Notes under the pieces: model-generated | The model's input: only the letters and a program-made list of their open reading frames with translations | The model's database searches: none | What the model was told of the DNA's origin: nothing | Source of the DNA: Eledone cirrhosa | Lineage: Eukaryota | Direction: 5' to 3' | NCBI GenBank assembly: GCA_964016885.1 | Contig: OZ024741.1 | Location: forward strand, 301,754,001 to 301,818,000 | Length of the DNA stretch: 64,000 bases | In this document: piece after piece, positions 13,965-26,705 of the stretch | How the letters are laid out: each line of letters starts with the position of its first letter | Position numbering within the stretch: position 1 is the stretch's first letter | Program-made: the position numbers and the translations under genes

Positions 13965-16900
13965 GCCAACGCGATCAGTCGCATATTTTGGCGTGGGAGA
14001 CTATTTATTAAATTTAAGATGAATACTATCTTCGACAGTAATTGCCACAACTACAGTCAAGTTGAATAACTGTTTATTCTTCTAGCTATATCTTCTGAAG
14101 AGACCTTTTATTCGAATTCGTAGAGATATCCGACTAGATACATAATTCATTTTACAAGGATTTGCCACAAACAGCATGGCTGAACACAGCATCAACAACA
14201 AACTTAAGGAAGTATCGAAGACAAACAACGAGAAATTAAACAAACTTTATTCAGTTGTAGCTACAGAAGAAACCAAAATTATAAATCGCATTTCTCTTGG
14301 AGTTGCGAACTTAATGATGATTTATTTAATTGTTATAAAATGGCAAAAAACAATCCCTCTATTGGTTAAATGAACAGAATGAAGCTACACTGGGACGAAA
14401 TACACGCAGAGCTAAATTATTTCACAGCGAAACAATTACGCCAACAAGCGACGTTTGTTGAATGTAAAAATAAGATAAATATTATTAATTGTAAGTCTCC
14501 TTCAACAAACATGGGATCAACAACACGTGCTACAGGTCGCCATGCTACTAGACTTCCTAGCAGCCAGATCGAACAGCGCCTTGAAATAACTATGCCTGTA
14601 AGAAACTTGACACCACCTGTACCATCTAAGTCTACCTCGAATGCTGTGGAAAACACTATCGATAATAATAATAATCAAAGAAATAATAATAATAATCGAA
14701 GAAATTTGACACCACGTGTACCATCCAAGTCTACCTCGACTGTTGTGGAAAATACTATCGATAATGATAATAATCAAAAGTATAAACAATTGAAAATTTC
14801 CCTCAACGAAATCTTCCAGAGAGAAATTAATTCATGTATAAATATCTCTCTTGCTGAACGTGTTAAAACGACAATATTTAATAAAAGAACAAATAATGAA
14901 ATATTGCGTGTTATTGACGAAATAGGGGATGAATATTTACGACGGATAATAAAACTCCAACATTTTGGCAGATCAACGCCTGTTTATATGCCTTAGCAAC
15001 GACAGTGAAGCATTATCTTGGTGATAGCAGAGATATTAACAAGAACAAATCACCACCAAAAATACCATCATATATAACTAAAATAGAAAAAAAGATTGCT
15101 GATCTACGAAAAAACATAGGACATGTGACAATGCTCCTTACATGCAAACAAAGACAAAAAAACCTCACTCCTCACCAACAAAGAGTGAAAAATAAAATAG
15201 AGACGATGTTTGGTAACAGTAGAACCAGAACTATTCAATATAAGCTGATCACCCTCAAACAAGAATTGAGAGCTGTTAGCGAAAAACGCCGATACATGAA
15301 GAAGGTAGATGAGAGAAAAGTGCTTAATAAAAGATTAAGACGAAACCAAACATCAGTCTATAGAGATATGGAGAACAAAATAATAAGTGTCACTGAGGCC
15401 CCATCCCAGAAAGACATAGATTCCTTTTGGAGCAAAATATGGGGTGAAAAGAAGAATTTCAACCAAGATGCAGTGTGGCTAAGAGAAATCCAAAAGAATT
15501 ATTGCTCCTAAACTACAACAAAAACAGACGTAATAAGTGAGGGTACCCTTGAGACTGTGATAGGAAAACTCCAAGAGAAGAAGACACCAGGAAGGGACAT
15601 GATTGTCGGCTACTGGTACAAAAAACTGATATTCTATCGGAGGTATCTTACTGACCTCTACCAACATGTTCTTAAGGGAGATACACTTATACCAGAATGG
15701 TTGACATTAGCACAAACATTACTGTCTCCAAGAACAAAGACACCCACTTGGCAAAAAACTACCGACCCGTTGCATGCCAGAACCTGATATATAAGATGTA
15801 TACAGCCTGCCTGAACCTATTCCTCCAAGATCACTGTGAAAATAATAACAGCATCACAGATGAAGAAGCAGCTGGAAACAAAAGGGTTTGGGGATGTGCT
15901 GAACAACTCCTAATCAACAAAACTACGATGTCGGAGGTGCGACAACTTAGGAGGAATATGGCTACAGTCTGGCTGGACTACAGGAAAGCTTTCGATTCTG
16001 TTCCCCACTCTTGGATGATTGAGGCCCTCCAATTTGCTAAAGTCCCAGACATTATTATCAGAGCCATAGAGAAGCTGTCTTCTTCTTGGGATACTATCCG
16101 AAGATTAAAGACTGAGAGGGAGGTCTCTATTTTCACTGATAAAATAAAATATCGCAGGGGTATATTTCAGGGAGACAGTCTTCTGTGATATTATTCATCC
16201 TGTCATTAAACCCCTTGTCCCTTCTGCTCAAGAAATATGTAGGATACATCATTGGCTCACAGGAGGACAGAAATACGAACCTAACCCATAATTTCTTTGT
16301 GGATGATCTGAAACTCTATGCCAAGAACATGGATGGAATGAAGAAAATTCTTGACCTGGTTACAACATTCTCAAAGGATATAGGAGTGGATTTTGGCCAA
16401 AATAAATGCTCATATATGACTGTAAAGCGGGCAAAAACAACAACCCAATCTAGAAACATTGTCATCAATGGCCTAACTGTTTCACCGATATCTGATGAGG
16501 ACTGCTACAAATACCTAGGGATAGATGAGAACATATCGTATAATGGTATCTGCAATAAGGAACGCGTAACCAAGGAATATTTCACCCGATTAAGAAAGAT
16601 TTGGTCATCGGAACTCTCTGCGCAAAACAAAACAGTGGCTCACAATGTGTTTGCTGTGCCTGTCCTAACATCAACGTTTGGAATACGCAATTGGACGATA
16701 GTCGAAATCCGAGCAGTTGTGTTGGAACTCGAAAAATACTAAACAACACCGGAAACTTCCACATCAACAGTGACATAGACCGCCTTTACTTGAAACGTAA
16801 GCAGGGAGGCAGAGGCCATACATCAGTCCAGACAGAATTTGAATGTCACACCATATCCCTCCGACAACATCTGCGAACCTCGAAGCGTAGGAGCCCGTCT

Positions 16901-18042
16901 TTCGAGCAAGTCTATCTGCATGAAACAGATAAAATCATGAGCGTTGGGAAGGAACTCCTCGAGATATATTCCCTGTGTGATAATCAAAATCTCACACCCA
17001 GGGAAGTCGCTCAGCAGTATCGCAGTGAATCCATGGATGAAAAACTGCATGCTTATCAGCAAAAAATCATGCATGGATATGTTGCCAGCAAGCTCCAGAG
17101 TGAGAGTAATATAGATAATTAAAGTATTCTATCTTGGACCAACAACCGTTATATATTGAAGGATACGCTTTTGCAATCCAAGAGCAGGAAATTAACACAA
17201 AATACCTGATTCACAAAAGAGATAGGCAAAACACCTAGACATAATAACAAGTGCAGACTCTGCAGAACTAACATCGAAGATATCACCCATGTCATTAGCA
17301 GCTGTCCAAAGATGTCATCGCGGTCCCATCTACCTATGAGGCATGATGTAGTGGCCAAAGCACTGTACAATTCAATCCGTAAAAACGATAGCCCCGATAA
17401 TAAACACATTACAAGCTACAGTAATGTGGAAGACATCCATGTACATAATATGAAAGAGTACTGGTGGAATGTTCCAGTAAAAACCCCAATAAAATGCAGG
17501 CATAACAGACCAGGTATTATGATATGGGACAGGGAAAAGAAGGCATGCACAGTAGTTGGAATTAGCTGCCCAGCAGATGCCAATATAATATCAAAGATTA
17601 GCGAAAAGGAGAATATTTATGCAGAACTGATGAGGAATCTGCAGATACTCCACCCTGATTATACCTTCAGATTTATGCCTGTGATTATTGGGGCACTGGG
17701 GTATGTTAGTAACTGCCTCAATACAAATCTTGAGAAGCTGGGCTTCATAGGAACAGAAAGAACACAACTAGTTAGGAAATTGCAAGTACAATCCATTAAT
17801 GGAATAGTAAAAATATGTAAAACATTCCAAAAATGTTGCATCTAATAACTGCATATACACATGTACAGATACAAAGCATATACACATGCACACATACAAC
17901 TCAAAACATACACATCCACACATGCATACATAATCTACCTAGTTGATGTTGTGTAAATTTCAATGAGAGAGTCTTGTGTCTATGTTAGAAACCGACTCTC
18001 TCTCTATTGGTAAAATTTTGTGAAATTATAAAACCAGAAAAT
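13965..18042 (+). mobile_element. R4/Dong-clade RLE non-LTR retrotransposon, near full length, decayed, in (CATA)n
   Basis: RT motifs KTPGRDMI, NYRPVAC, WLDYRKAFDSVPH, RGIFQGDSL, FVDDLKLY, YKYLGI, DRLYLKRKQGGRG; CCHC knuckle CRLC...HVISSC; RLE motifs RHD, RP(G)I, ISCP, KENIY, PVIIGALG. (CATA)n on both sides. Confidence 0.92.
14176..17845 (+). pseudogene. RT-CCHC-RLE polyprotein broken by many frameshifts and stops
   Basis: Collinear ORF pieces 14370-14996, 15005-15511, 15557-15787, 15697-16188, 16185-16742, 16601-17122, 17312-17845. Confidence 0.9.
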
Positions 18043-18097
18043 CATACATACATACATACATACATACATACATACATGCATGCATACATACATACAT

Positions 18098-18506
18098 GGT
18101 GGCTGCCAACTCGTTTTCGAGTATGGCCACTACTTTATATCCATGTAGGAGAACCCCTACCGATGCGCTGAACGAGTGTGACTTTTTAGTCCAGCCAGCG
18201 ACTTGAAAACTCTGGTACAAACACTACACTTGTGACAATTATTGACACTTAGTGCTGGGCCCATGGTATCATGTGACGACAAATGCAGGGAGATCTCCAG
18301 ATATAAAGCAATGCCTGTGCCGTGAAGCTTTTATAGTGAGCAAAGGCACTGCACAAAGCCAGTCCCACTCTCTTAACCAAGATGATATTTACCAAAAAGA
18401 AGAACACGTCAACATCATTGGATACCATCAGAGTTGCAGGTGTTATATCAGAGTTTTCCTTCTCCTAGAATTCTGCCTTGACAAAGGCTAAGGGGTCATC
18501 TCTCCC
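18098..18506 (+). mobile_element. Short non-coding retro-element between (CATA)n arrays
   Basis: Bounded by CATA repeats; ends CAGAGTTTTCCTTCTCCTAGA...GCCTTGACAAAGGCTAA, a motif I associate with RTE-related 5' regions and SINEs. Confidence 0.45.
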
Positions 18507-18657
18507 ATACATACATACATACATACATACATACATACATACATACATACATACATACATACATACATGCATACATACATATTTTCATAAAATTGTAGGA
18601 ATCTCAAACACAGAAATAGCTGTAAAACAGCTGAACGGAAGGGCGGTCAGAACAGTC

Positions 18658-18793
18658 GAAGAAGAAGAAGAAGAAGAAGAAGAAGAAGAAGAAGAAGAAG
18701 AAGAAGAAGAAGAAGAAGAAGAAGAAGAAGAAGAAGAAGAAGAAGAAGAAGCCAGAGAGAGAGAGTGAAGGGGAGAGCGATATGATGAGAGAT

Positions 18794-18863
<70 letters not shown>

Positions 18864-18865
18864 AG
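18658..18865. repeat. (GAA)n and (GA)n microsatellites
   Basis: Directly visible. Confidence 0.95.
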
Positions 18866-18939
18866 GAAAGAAGAATGAGAGCGATGGACCATAAAATTTG
18901 ACATGGAGGATTAAAGAAGATAAAGCAGTGGAGAAAAGT

Positions 18940-18976
<37 letters not shown>

Positions 18977-18981
<5 letters not shown>

Positions 18982-19165
18982 AACCAGTAAGACCCCGACA
19001 GCTGAGCTCAAGCCGTTTCGACGGCTAATTCTCAGAATTAGCCGTCGAAACGGCTTGAGCTCAGCTGTCGGGGTCTTACTGGTTCCTATTACCCACTCTA
19101 CTACCTCAAGTATTGAGTACTTTGGTGCGTTATGGTCCACCTGGTTCCTTACCACATTTCCTTCG

Positions 19166-19167
<2 letters not shown>
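18977..19167 (+). mobile_element. Fold-back PLE-like element family A (56-bp perfect palindrome arms + tail) in (TA)n
   Basis: 18977-19032 is the exact reverse complement of 19034-19089. Contains the HHR 3' half GAAAC-GGC-TTGAGCTCA-GCT-GTC. The tail runs to (TA)n. Confidence 0.85.
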
Positions 19168-19204
<37 letters not shown>

Positions 19205-19205
<1 letters not shown>

Positions 19206-19341
19206 CAAAGGAATTGTGGTAAGGAACTAGATGGACCATAACGCACCAGAGTACTCAATACTTAGGGTAGTAGAGTGGGAAATAGGAAAAAGTATGACCC
19301 CGACGGCAGAGCTCAAGCCGTTTCAACGGCTATTTCTGGAC
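19205..19341 (-). mobile_element. Family A copy, diverged, without inversion
   Basis: Reverse complement of the 19034-19167 unit with substitutions; tail-to-tail with the previous copy across (TA)n. Confidence 0.85.
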
Positions 19342-19610
19342 TATATATATATACGTATATATATATATATACAACTTTTATATATATATATATATATATA
19401 TAAACCTTATTTCGTATGTTCGGTTGTCAAAAAAAACGATTCCTTCCTTACTACTAGATTGCCACTCACCCAAAATACTATACCTAGCACTAATGAGCTA
19501 ATAATTCCACTTTCTTTCTACGTAAGCCCGTCGTTACACGTAAAACATTAGGCCCAATACCTGAAGTAAAATCAGTAGCAAATAGGAGAATTATAAGCAG
19601 GTGGAAAATA

Positions 19611-19790
19611 ATTGTTTCTACAATAGGCACAAGGCCACCAATTATTCCAGTGTATTACTGGTACTTTATTTTATCGACCCCCGTTAGGATGAAAGGCAAA
19701 GTTAACCTCGACGCGATTTGAACTCAGAATGGCAAGGGCCGTAACTATGCTAGAAAGCATGGCGTCCGATCCTCTACCGATACTGCCAAT
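19611..19790 (-). mobile_element. tRNA-derived SINE (family 1)
   Basis: Same diagnostic body as 9954-10170. Confidence 0.9.
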
Positions 19791-20287
19791 ACACAGAAAA
19801 CCAATTCCTTATACGTCTAGATAAGTACCTTTGTCTTCTGATGGCTAATCAAAAACAATCTTTTTATGTAACAAAATATTTTTCATTCATTTGTATGAAT
19901 CCACAGCGTGGTCAATAACCTACATTCCTTTTCTCATATGTATTGTGATGTGAATAAATGAGTGCTATATAATTTTTCATATTTTAACATGTTAGCTATT
20001 TCCATGTCATTTAATATATTTCAAGGTATGTCATTGTTGTTTGTGTATGCAGAGCAATGTTTATGAATGTCCATTTGCTAACTTCAATGAATTATAACTT
20101 TGTTTCCTTGCAGAATTATTTTTATCGGTGCGATGCAAACTTTGCGGAAGTGGTTCGTTTGTAAAATGAAGCATGAAAATATTTATCTGATGATGCCGGT
20201 CATATAGTTATGAAATCAAGGCATGTGGAAAATTATGTGATGCCTGGTTAGATACAAGTGCTTTTAGTTAGTTTCGAAAGAGATGTG

Positions 20288-20997
20288 CACACGCACCAGT
20301 TGCTTTCACTTCAATTTATTATAATAAATTTATAAATTTAGGAATTTATAAATTTCTGGTTGGTTGGTTGGTTCCACAATCAGAGGGTTGTTTATATATT
20401 GTCAAAGTTCTTTCGTCACACATTCTGTGACCTCTTCAGTGACTGGGGATTCTTTTCTTTGTTTTTTGTGCCTCTCCTTTGTTCTGCCCTACGCCATCTT
20501 GTTTTTGTGTGTGTGTTGTGTGCTTAGTTTGCGCATGTGTTACATCAGGGTGTCTGTGTGTGTTTATATTCGTTTATTTATTTGTTTATTTATATGTTTA
20601 TTTACATGTTACTGGTTGGTTGTTTGTTCTATATGCGTGTGTGTTTTCATTTTGTCCTTAATTGTAAGTTGTGATGTTGTTGTTCCACTCATGTTTTCTA
20701 TTTAATTTTGGTTGGAGTTCATTTATGTTTATTGCCTCTGTGATTTGTCTAAACATTGCGTCTTTTCTGTGTGTAGATTCTATTTTTAATTCTATGTTCT
20801 CTAATTTACCCCTATGTTCTATTTTAGCATCTTTACTATCTTGAAGGTCTCGCCAGTGTTCATTTATCCGTTCCCCTACACTACGAGCTGTCTCACCTAT
20901 GTACACTATATTTTTATCTCTACATTGTCCTTCAGTACATTTTATGCTATATACTACATTTCTAGTTTTACAGTTAATATGGGGGCTTAATTTACAG

Positions 20998-20999
<2 letters not shown>
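20288..20999 (-). mobile_element. Penelope-like element, 5'-truncated: GIY-YIG domain + 3' region with HHR
   Basis: Open frame 20999-20658: ICKLSPHINCKTRNVVYSIKC...C...VYIGETARSVGERINEH...RQITEAININELQPKLNRKHEW; HHR downstream in sense; truncation point abuts (TA)n. Confidence 0.9.
20401..20443 (-). ncRNA. Minimal type I hammerhead motif
   Basis: GUCA-CUGAAGAG-GUCACA gaaug UGUGAC-GAAAG-AA-CUU-UGAC. Confidence 0.7.
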
Positions 21000-21038
<39 letters not shown>

Positions 21039-21043
<5 letters not shown>

Positions 21044-21225
21044 AACCAGTAAGACCCCGACAGCTGAGCTCAAGCCGTTTCGACGGCTAATTCTGAATTA
21101 GCCGTCGAAACGGCTTGAGCTCAGCTGTCGGGGTCTTACTGGTTCCTATTACCCACTCTACTACCTCAAGTATTGAGTACTTTGGTGCGTTATGGTCCAC
21201 CTGGTTCCTTACCACATTTCCTTCG

Positions 21226-21227
<2 letters not shown>
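21039..21227 (+). mobile_element. Family A fold-back element (second young copy)
   Basis: Identical to 18977-19167 except at the hairpin tip (TTC-T-GAA versus TTCT-C-AGAA); (TA)n on both sides. Confidence 0.85.
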
Positions 21228-21271
<44 letters not shown>

Positions 21272-21502
21272 CAATAACAGAGATAGTTTAAAGCTAAACT
21301 CTGACTGGTAACCATCTCACTCAACAAACATTAGGTTATATTAAAATATAAACCCAAATTAAGTGTTTGGGGTGCTAACAATATGTATAATGTGGAAAAA
21401 CCAGTTGTATTATTTTATGAGATATAATTAAAGTTAAAGTATATCTCTCTTTCCAAACAATTGTTTCATTATAAGTTTTCTACAAGTTTGGGAGAATGTT
21501 TC

Positions 21503-21535
<33 letters not shown>

Positions 21536-21890
21536 CAAATAAAATACAGAGTTACTAACTCATATTGATACCCTCCAATTAACAAGCTCAAAGTATAAAT
21601 ACTGTGTTAATAATTTTCGTGTTCCTAATATCATCATTAATATATTAAATATCATTTGTGATGGGAAATTTAACTATATTCATGTCATTACGATTTCCCT
21701 GTGTACTAGTATGTTATATTTTGCCTATGTGTAGTTAAGTTTATGAGAATCCAGTAGATGTTCTACAGTGGTGCTATGAATTGAGCTCTTATTGTTGTAT
21801 TAATTATTCAGCATATTTTTATATCATAGTTAAATGGTAATGTTGGTTGACTTAACTTTTTATATGTAATTAGTATGTACTTTTGTATAG

Positions 21891-22012
21891 CAGCGTTTGT
21901 TGTTGAATTATGGAGAGCCTGTTATTGCTGAAATTGAAGACTTTAATCTGGAAATGGATTACGCTTCCAGTTTTCTCTATTGCGTTTGTACTACGGGCAA
22001 GGATATGTTTAG
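21891..22012 (+). CDS. Candidate internal exon of an unidentified host gene
   Basis: TTTTGTATAG acceptor, AG/GTATTT donor, one open frame QRLLLNYGEPVIAEIEDFNLEMDYASSFLYCVCTTGKDMF, in non-repetitive sequence. No homology confirmed. Confidence 0.35.
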
Positions 22013-22060
22013 GTATTTGGTTTTGGTTGACATCTTTGTTTTTGTTGTTGTTTTTGTATA

Positions 22061-22380
22061 TACTCTCGGGTCCCAAATAATAGGGGAAAGTTGGAATAAG
22101 CGGGGGGGGGGGGGTGAAAATCAGTAATTTTTCTAGGTTGTCTCCCAAAATTAGCCGTTTAGTTTACATATTGAGATCCCAGCCCATCCTATTTATTTTA
22201 TAATGCGCTTTTTTGTCATGTGTAATGTTTTTTTAATGTATAAAGAAAATCAATTGTCGCAGGAATGCTACCACTTAAAATAAAATTTAGGCGAAGACAG
22301 ATTAGCAAAATTTAATAAATGGAGGGTGGTAAAATCTGAAAAATTAATAAGGGAGAGCGATTATTCAAGGCCCGAGAGTA
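22061..22380. mobile_element. MITE with TA-flanked TIRs
   Basis: TACTCTCGGGTCCCAAATAAT ... ATTATTCAAGGCCCGAGAGTA. Confidence 0.85.
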
Positions 22381-23002
22381 AGTATGGGAACTTTGTGTCA
22401 AGATGCCCTTATCGTTTTGGTTTTCTATAGTTAGCTTATGAGGATGTTACCACGAATGTATTTCACGCTTGCGTGGTTCTACATGTTTCCTGTCAAATCT
22501 CTATCAGCATTCAGGAGGAATCTTTCCGTCTATTCTAGACTGAATTCTAAAATAGCTCACGCATCTGTTTAGATGAAAATCTACTGATCCTTCGATTAGT
22601 TAGAGTGACATCTTAGTAACCACATCGTTGGGTCAAATATCAATGGCATTTATGTGTTGAAGTCTCTAGAAATATGATTCTATTTTGTTAAGTGATCTAT
22701 AGTTATAGCATATATATTAATCATGGCAAAACAAGAGGTGACAAAATCTATTCTGTATATTTTTGTTTCTTTGTTTAGGCAAGTATAAACTTTGCCTGAA
22801 CTTCTCTTTTCTTTGAAAGAAATACTTTGATTTATTATCAATATATTTCTCAACAATGTTGTTTGTAACCCGTCGGGAATAGTAATATTATTGTCATAAT
22901 ATTCAGAAGGAAAGATAATTTGTTTACTCGTCGGCTCATGACATATATTTTTTTATATAGCTGTTTGGTTATCGAAGACAAAAGAAATCTTATATTGTCG
23001 AA

Positions 23003-23855
23003 ATAATGGTTTTAGGCACAAGGCCAACAATTTTGGGAAAGGACAAAGTCGATTAAATCGATCCCAGTGTATTAGTGGTACTTTATTTTATCGACCCCCA
23101 TACGGATGAAAAGCAAAGCTAACCTCGGCGGTATTTGAACTCATAACGTAAAGACCCGTAACTCTATGTCGCAAAGCATGTTGTCCGACGCTCTATCGAT
23201 ACTGCCAATCCACAGCCCTTTTAGTTCAAATCCCATCGAGGTTAATTTTGCCATTCATCCCCCAGGATTCGAAGAAATAAAATGTCATAAAAGTACTGGG
23301 GTTGATATAATCGACGTTCCCTCCTTATTGTCGAAGTAATAGTAGTTGTTCTATTGTAAGGTATTAACAGCTAAGCCGGTTCGTTTCTTAATCTTGTCCT
23401 AGCAGTATCGGTAGAGTGTTGGACGCCATGCTTTCTACCATAGTTACATCCCTTTACGGTCTAAGTTCAAATCCCGTCAAGGTTAACTTTGCCTTTCATC
23501 CTTACGGGGTCGATAAAATAAAGTACCAGTAATGTACTGGGTAATATGCTGGCCTTGTGCCAAAAGTAGAAACAATTATTACCAATAAATTACGATGGCT
23601 ATTCTTTACAATCTTCTAATCATATAACTTTCAATATTATATACTTGTTTAGGGCGGTGGATTGGCAGTATCGGTAGAGTGTCGGACGCTATGCTTTGCA
23701 GCAAAGGGTTGCGGCCTTTTATGATCTGAGTTCAAATCCCGCCGAGGTTAACTTTGCCTTTCATCCTTACGGGTCGATAAAATAAAGTACCAGTCATGCA
23801 CTGGGGTCGATTTAATCGACTTTCCCCTCCCCCAAAATTGCTGGCCTTGTGCCCA
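23003..23855. mobile_element. Cluster of four family-1 SINE copies (one minus, three plus)
   Basis: Copies at about 23003-23220 (-), 23221-23320 (+, partial), 23401-23580 (+), 23651-23855 (+). Confidence 0.88.
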
Positions 23856-24917
23856 TGTACATAGGCAACAGAACTGTATGTTTTCGCTTATATTGGATTC
23901 CCGTAGGAGGGGGACCGAAGTCAGAAACAGTCGACTGTCGACAGATTATCCGCTCCTGCCTTTGCTGAAATCCACGTGATGGCGCTAGTCATCAGCTTCC
24001 AAAATTCATAGCTAAAGGCTTTCAAATGTATATTCATAAACATACCTATATCGCTAGATATTCAAATACACACACGCATGTGTGTGTGTAAGACAATGAG
24101 AGGATAAAAACGATATCCACTTGTATTGAAGTAATATGGTGTCCACTTGTATTGAAGTAATACAGCAATTGAAGTAATATGGTGGCTGTTAGGGATTGAA
24201 ACATCAATTTACTTATTGAATAGTTGAATAAAAATAAAGAGATCCTTTCCGTGTGGTAGAGCTATCTTCACCGTGTTGTCGTGTATGTATGTACACTATC
24301 CGGAGAGTGGATAGTTTCAGAAACTACATACGTTTAAGGAATTAGTCAAGAACTAAAAACTACTTATACATTCGTCAATTATTTAATGCAGCTGCTGTAA
24401 GATATTCATTTTAGACATTGTCAAGTTGAGCTACGTGATTTTGCAGCAATCGATATTAGGTTAGCTGTATCCACTTCATTGTCGTCTTTTTCTTAAAAAT
24501 GTAATGAACAGATATATTGAAAGGATTATATTATGTCCGGTAAAATCAACTTGCATCTGTCACATATGGGGCTTTTAACAAATAAAGTGCTCTACATTGA
24601 TGATGTCCAAAAGACAAAAATACTTGCTATATTCACATGGATAGTTAAATAAATAAATTGGGTTTACTAATGCCCCATTTATCAACATCCAAGAAGTATG
24701 TCGTTGTTCTATCAACTATAGCATCGATATTTTCCTTCTCAGTTCGATCTATATGGAGAACCCAATCAAAGTCTACACGAAGGCTGGTAGTTTTAATGAT
24801 AATCAATATATTATGATAATCAATATATTATTTTCAACTACATACAGAGAGGATGTTATGCTTCTATCAGATTTACATAATCCTAATAAACTACGTAGTT
24901 CTCTTGATGAAATACTA

Positions 24918-25120
24918 TACGAGGGAGTACTGAAAGAAGAATATACTGGAGGATCAGTTAATTATGATTTTGTTCAACATATTCTCCTCTCAGATTCACA
25001 CACTTATTGCAGCGATCCTTCAGTTTTTCTAAGCCCTGTAAAAAGAACTCGGAAGGTTAGGTCTCCAACCAGGCCTCTGTTGTAGCATTCAAGCCACGAA
25101 CTTTTCAGCAAATCCTCGTA
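24918..25120. mobile_element. Mariner-derived MITE
   Basis: TACGAGGGAGTACTGAAAG ... CTTTTCAGCAAATCCTCGTA termini; the interior resembles a transposase 3' end on the minus strand. Confidence 0.75.
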
Positions 25121-25678
25121 GCTAAGGCGAGCAAATTGAAATATAAATGAGAATTACAAGAGTCTAATCGTTCACTGTGACATAGAGCATATCAGTAGTG
25201 AGATATCCGATGCGAAATCATTCATTGTTTGCTCGGATAGTTTTAGTTTAGTTTTCACACGGGTAGGCTTAGAAAGGAGAGGAAACGAGCAACAAAACAC
25301 AAATACGAATCATGCAATATAACACGAAATTTGCTAACCTAAATACAACGAGATGAAAATATGGACTATTCCATTTTAATTAAATATTTTCAACAACAGT
25401 AATAAACAGAAAATATTTTATTAGATTAGATATGGGAACTATGTTTTATTGGGTGAAATATTGCTCCTAAAATCGCAACATTATAGAAATGTTTATATTT
25501 CTATTCTCCTTTTTTGCCGTGCTTTTATCCTAAACGTTACACAGTCGGTAAACAGAAAATCAATAATTCGGTAAACATTATATTATAGTTTGTTATATTT
25601 TTGCATTTTGCTCTCTTGCCATCCACCACTTCATTTCTACCTCTCATCCATATTGTATATATATTCCTCTACTTTTCT

Positions 25679-25726
<48 letters not shown>

Positions 25727-25819
25727 GTATATATATATATGCATGTGTATATATATATTGTGCATTCGGGAGTATAAAGTTTCAAGGCAGTTAATACAAA
25801 TATATAGATATGTATATGC

Positions 25820-25855
<36 letters not shown>

Positions 25856-26490
25856 ATGCATTCGTGTGTATAAAGTTTCAAGGCAGTTAAGACATTGATA
25901 ACATTTATTACAGATTAAAAGAAAACGTAGCATGTCGTCTGGCATGTGACTCCTGCAGAGTTGGTTCGATTACTTTTTCTCAATGAAGATTACTCATGAA
26001 CTAATAATAGTGTACGTGTATGTGCATAAACACATGCATATGTATTGTCCACCATTTCTCTGTGTGCTTGTGGTTATGTATAGACTTAAGTCTGGATGTA
26101 GGTTCTTTTCGTTTATTTGTTGTTTTTTGTACGAAAGGCGATTTGTGTGTGACTGTGGTAAAGGCCGTACATGTGTGTATGTGTAAGCCTGTGCGCCCGT
26201 GTGCATATATTTGTGATAGTGTGTATAGTGATGTTCGGGTGGCCTTATAAGAATACAAGGAACGTGATCGTATAAAATATCATACTGAGTGATCCACAAT
26301 ATCCTGACTCTGAAATATTTATATGATTTAAATACTGAATAAAAACTCCGTACTATTATGCAGAGAGCAGCACATATGTACAAACACATATACGTACTCT
26401 GTATGCATATACACAAGCATCCAAATACACTTACACAAATATAATCACATCAGCATACACACACACCTACGTATGCATAGAGAGAACATA

Positions 26491-26705
26491 AGGGCGGTGG
26501 ATTGATAGTGTCGGTAGAGCGTCAGACTACATGCTTTGCACTATATAGTTGCGGCTCTTTACGTTATGAGTTCAAATCCCACCAGGTTATCTTTGCCTTT
26601 CATCCTTGTGGGATCGATAAAATAAAGTACCAGTAACTTACTGGGTTCGATTTAATTGATTTCCCCTCCCCAAAAACTATTGGCCTTGTCTTAATCAGAA
26701 AACAT
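26491..26705 (+). mobile_element. tRNA-derived SINE (family 1)
   Basis: GGGCGGTGGATTG start, GTTCAAATCCC B-box, conserved body. Confidence 0.9.

Noticed and set aside
18478-18768. Poly-Glu ORF
   Set aside because: Translation of (CATA)n and (GAA)n repeats.
18977-19089. Hairpin as sequencing adapter or bacterial terminator/REP
   Set aside because: It recurs with diverged variants, a shared tail and non-inverted copies, which fits a genomic TE family. Raw-read confirmation is still advisable.
20182-20256. Plus-strand CTGATGA...GAAA hammerhead candidate
   Set aside because: A stem III can be drawn, but stems I and II do not pair convincingly.
23651-23760. tRNA genes at GTTCAAATCC motifs
   Set aside because: These are SINE heads followed by a conserved SINE body; no cloverleaf can be formed.
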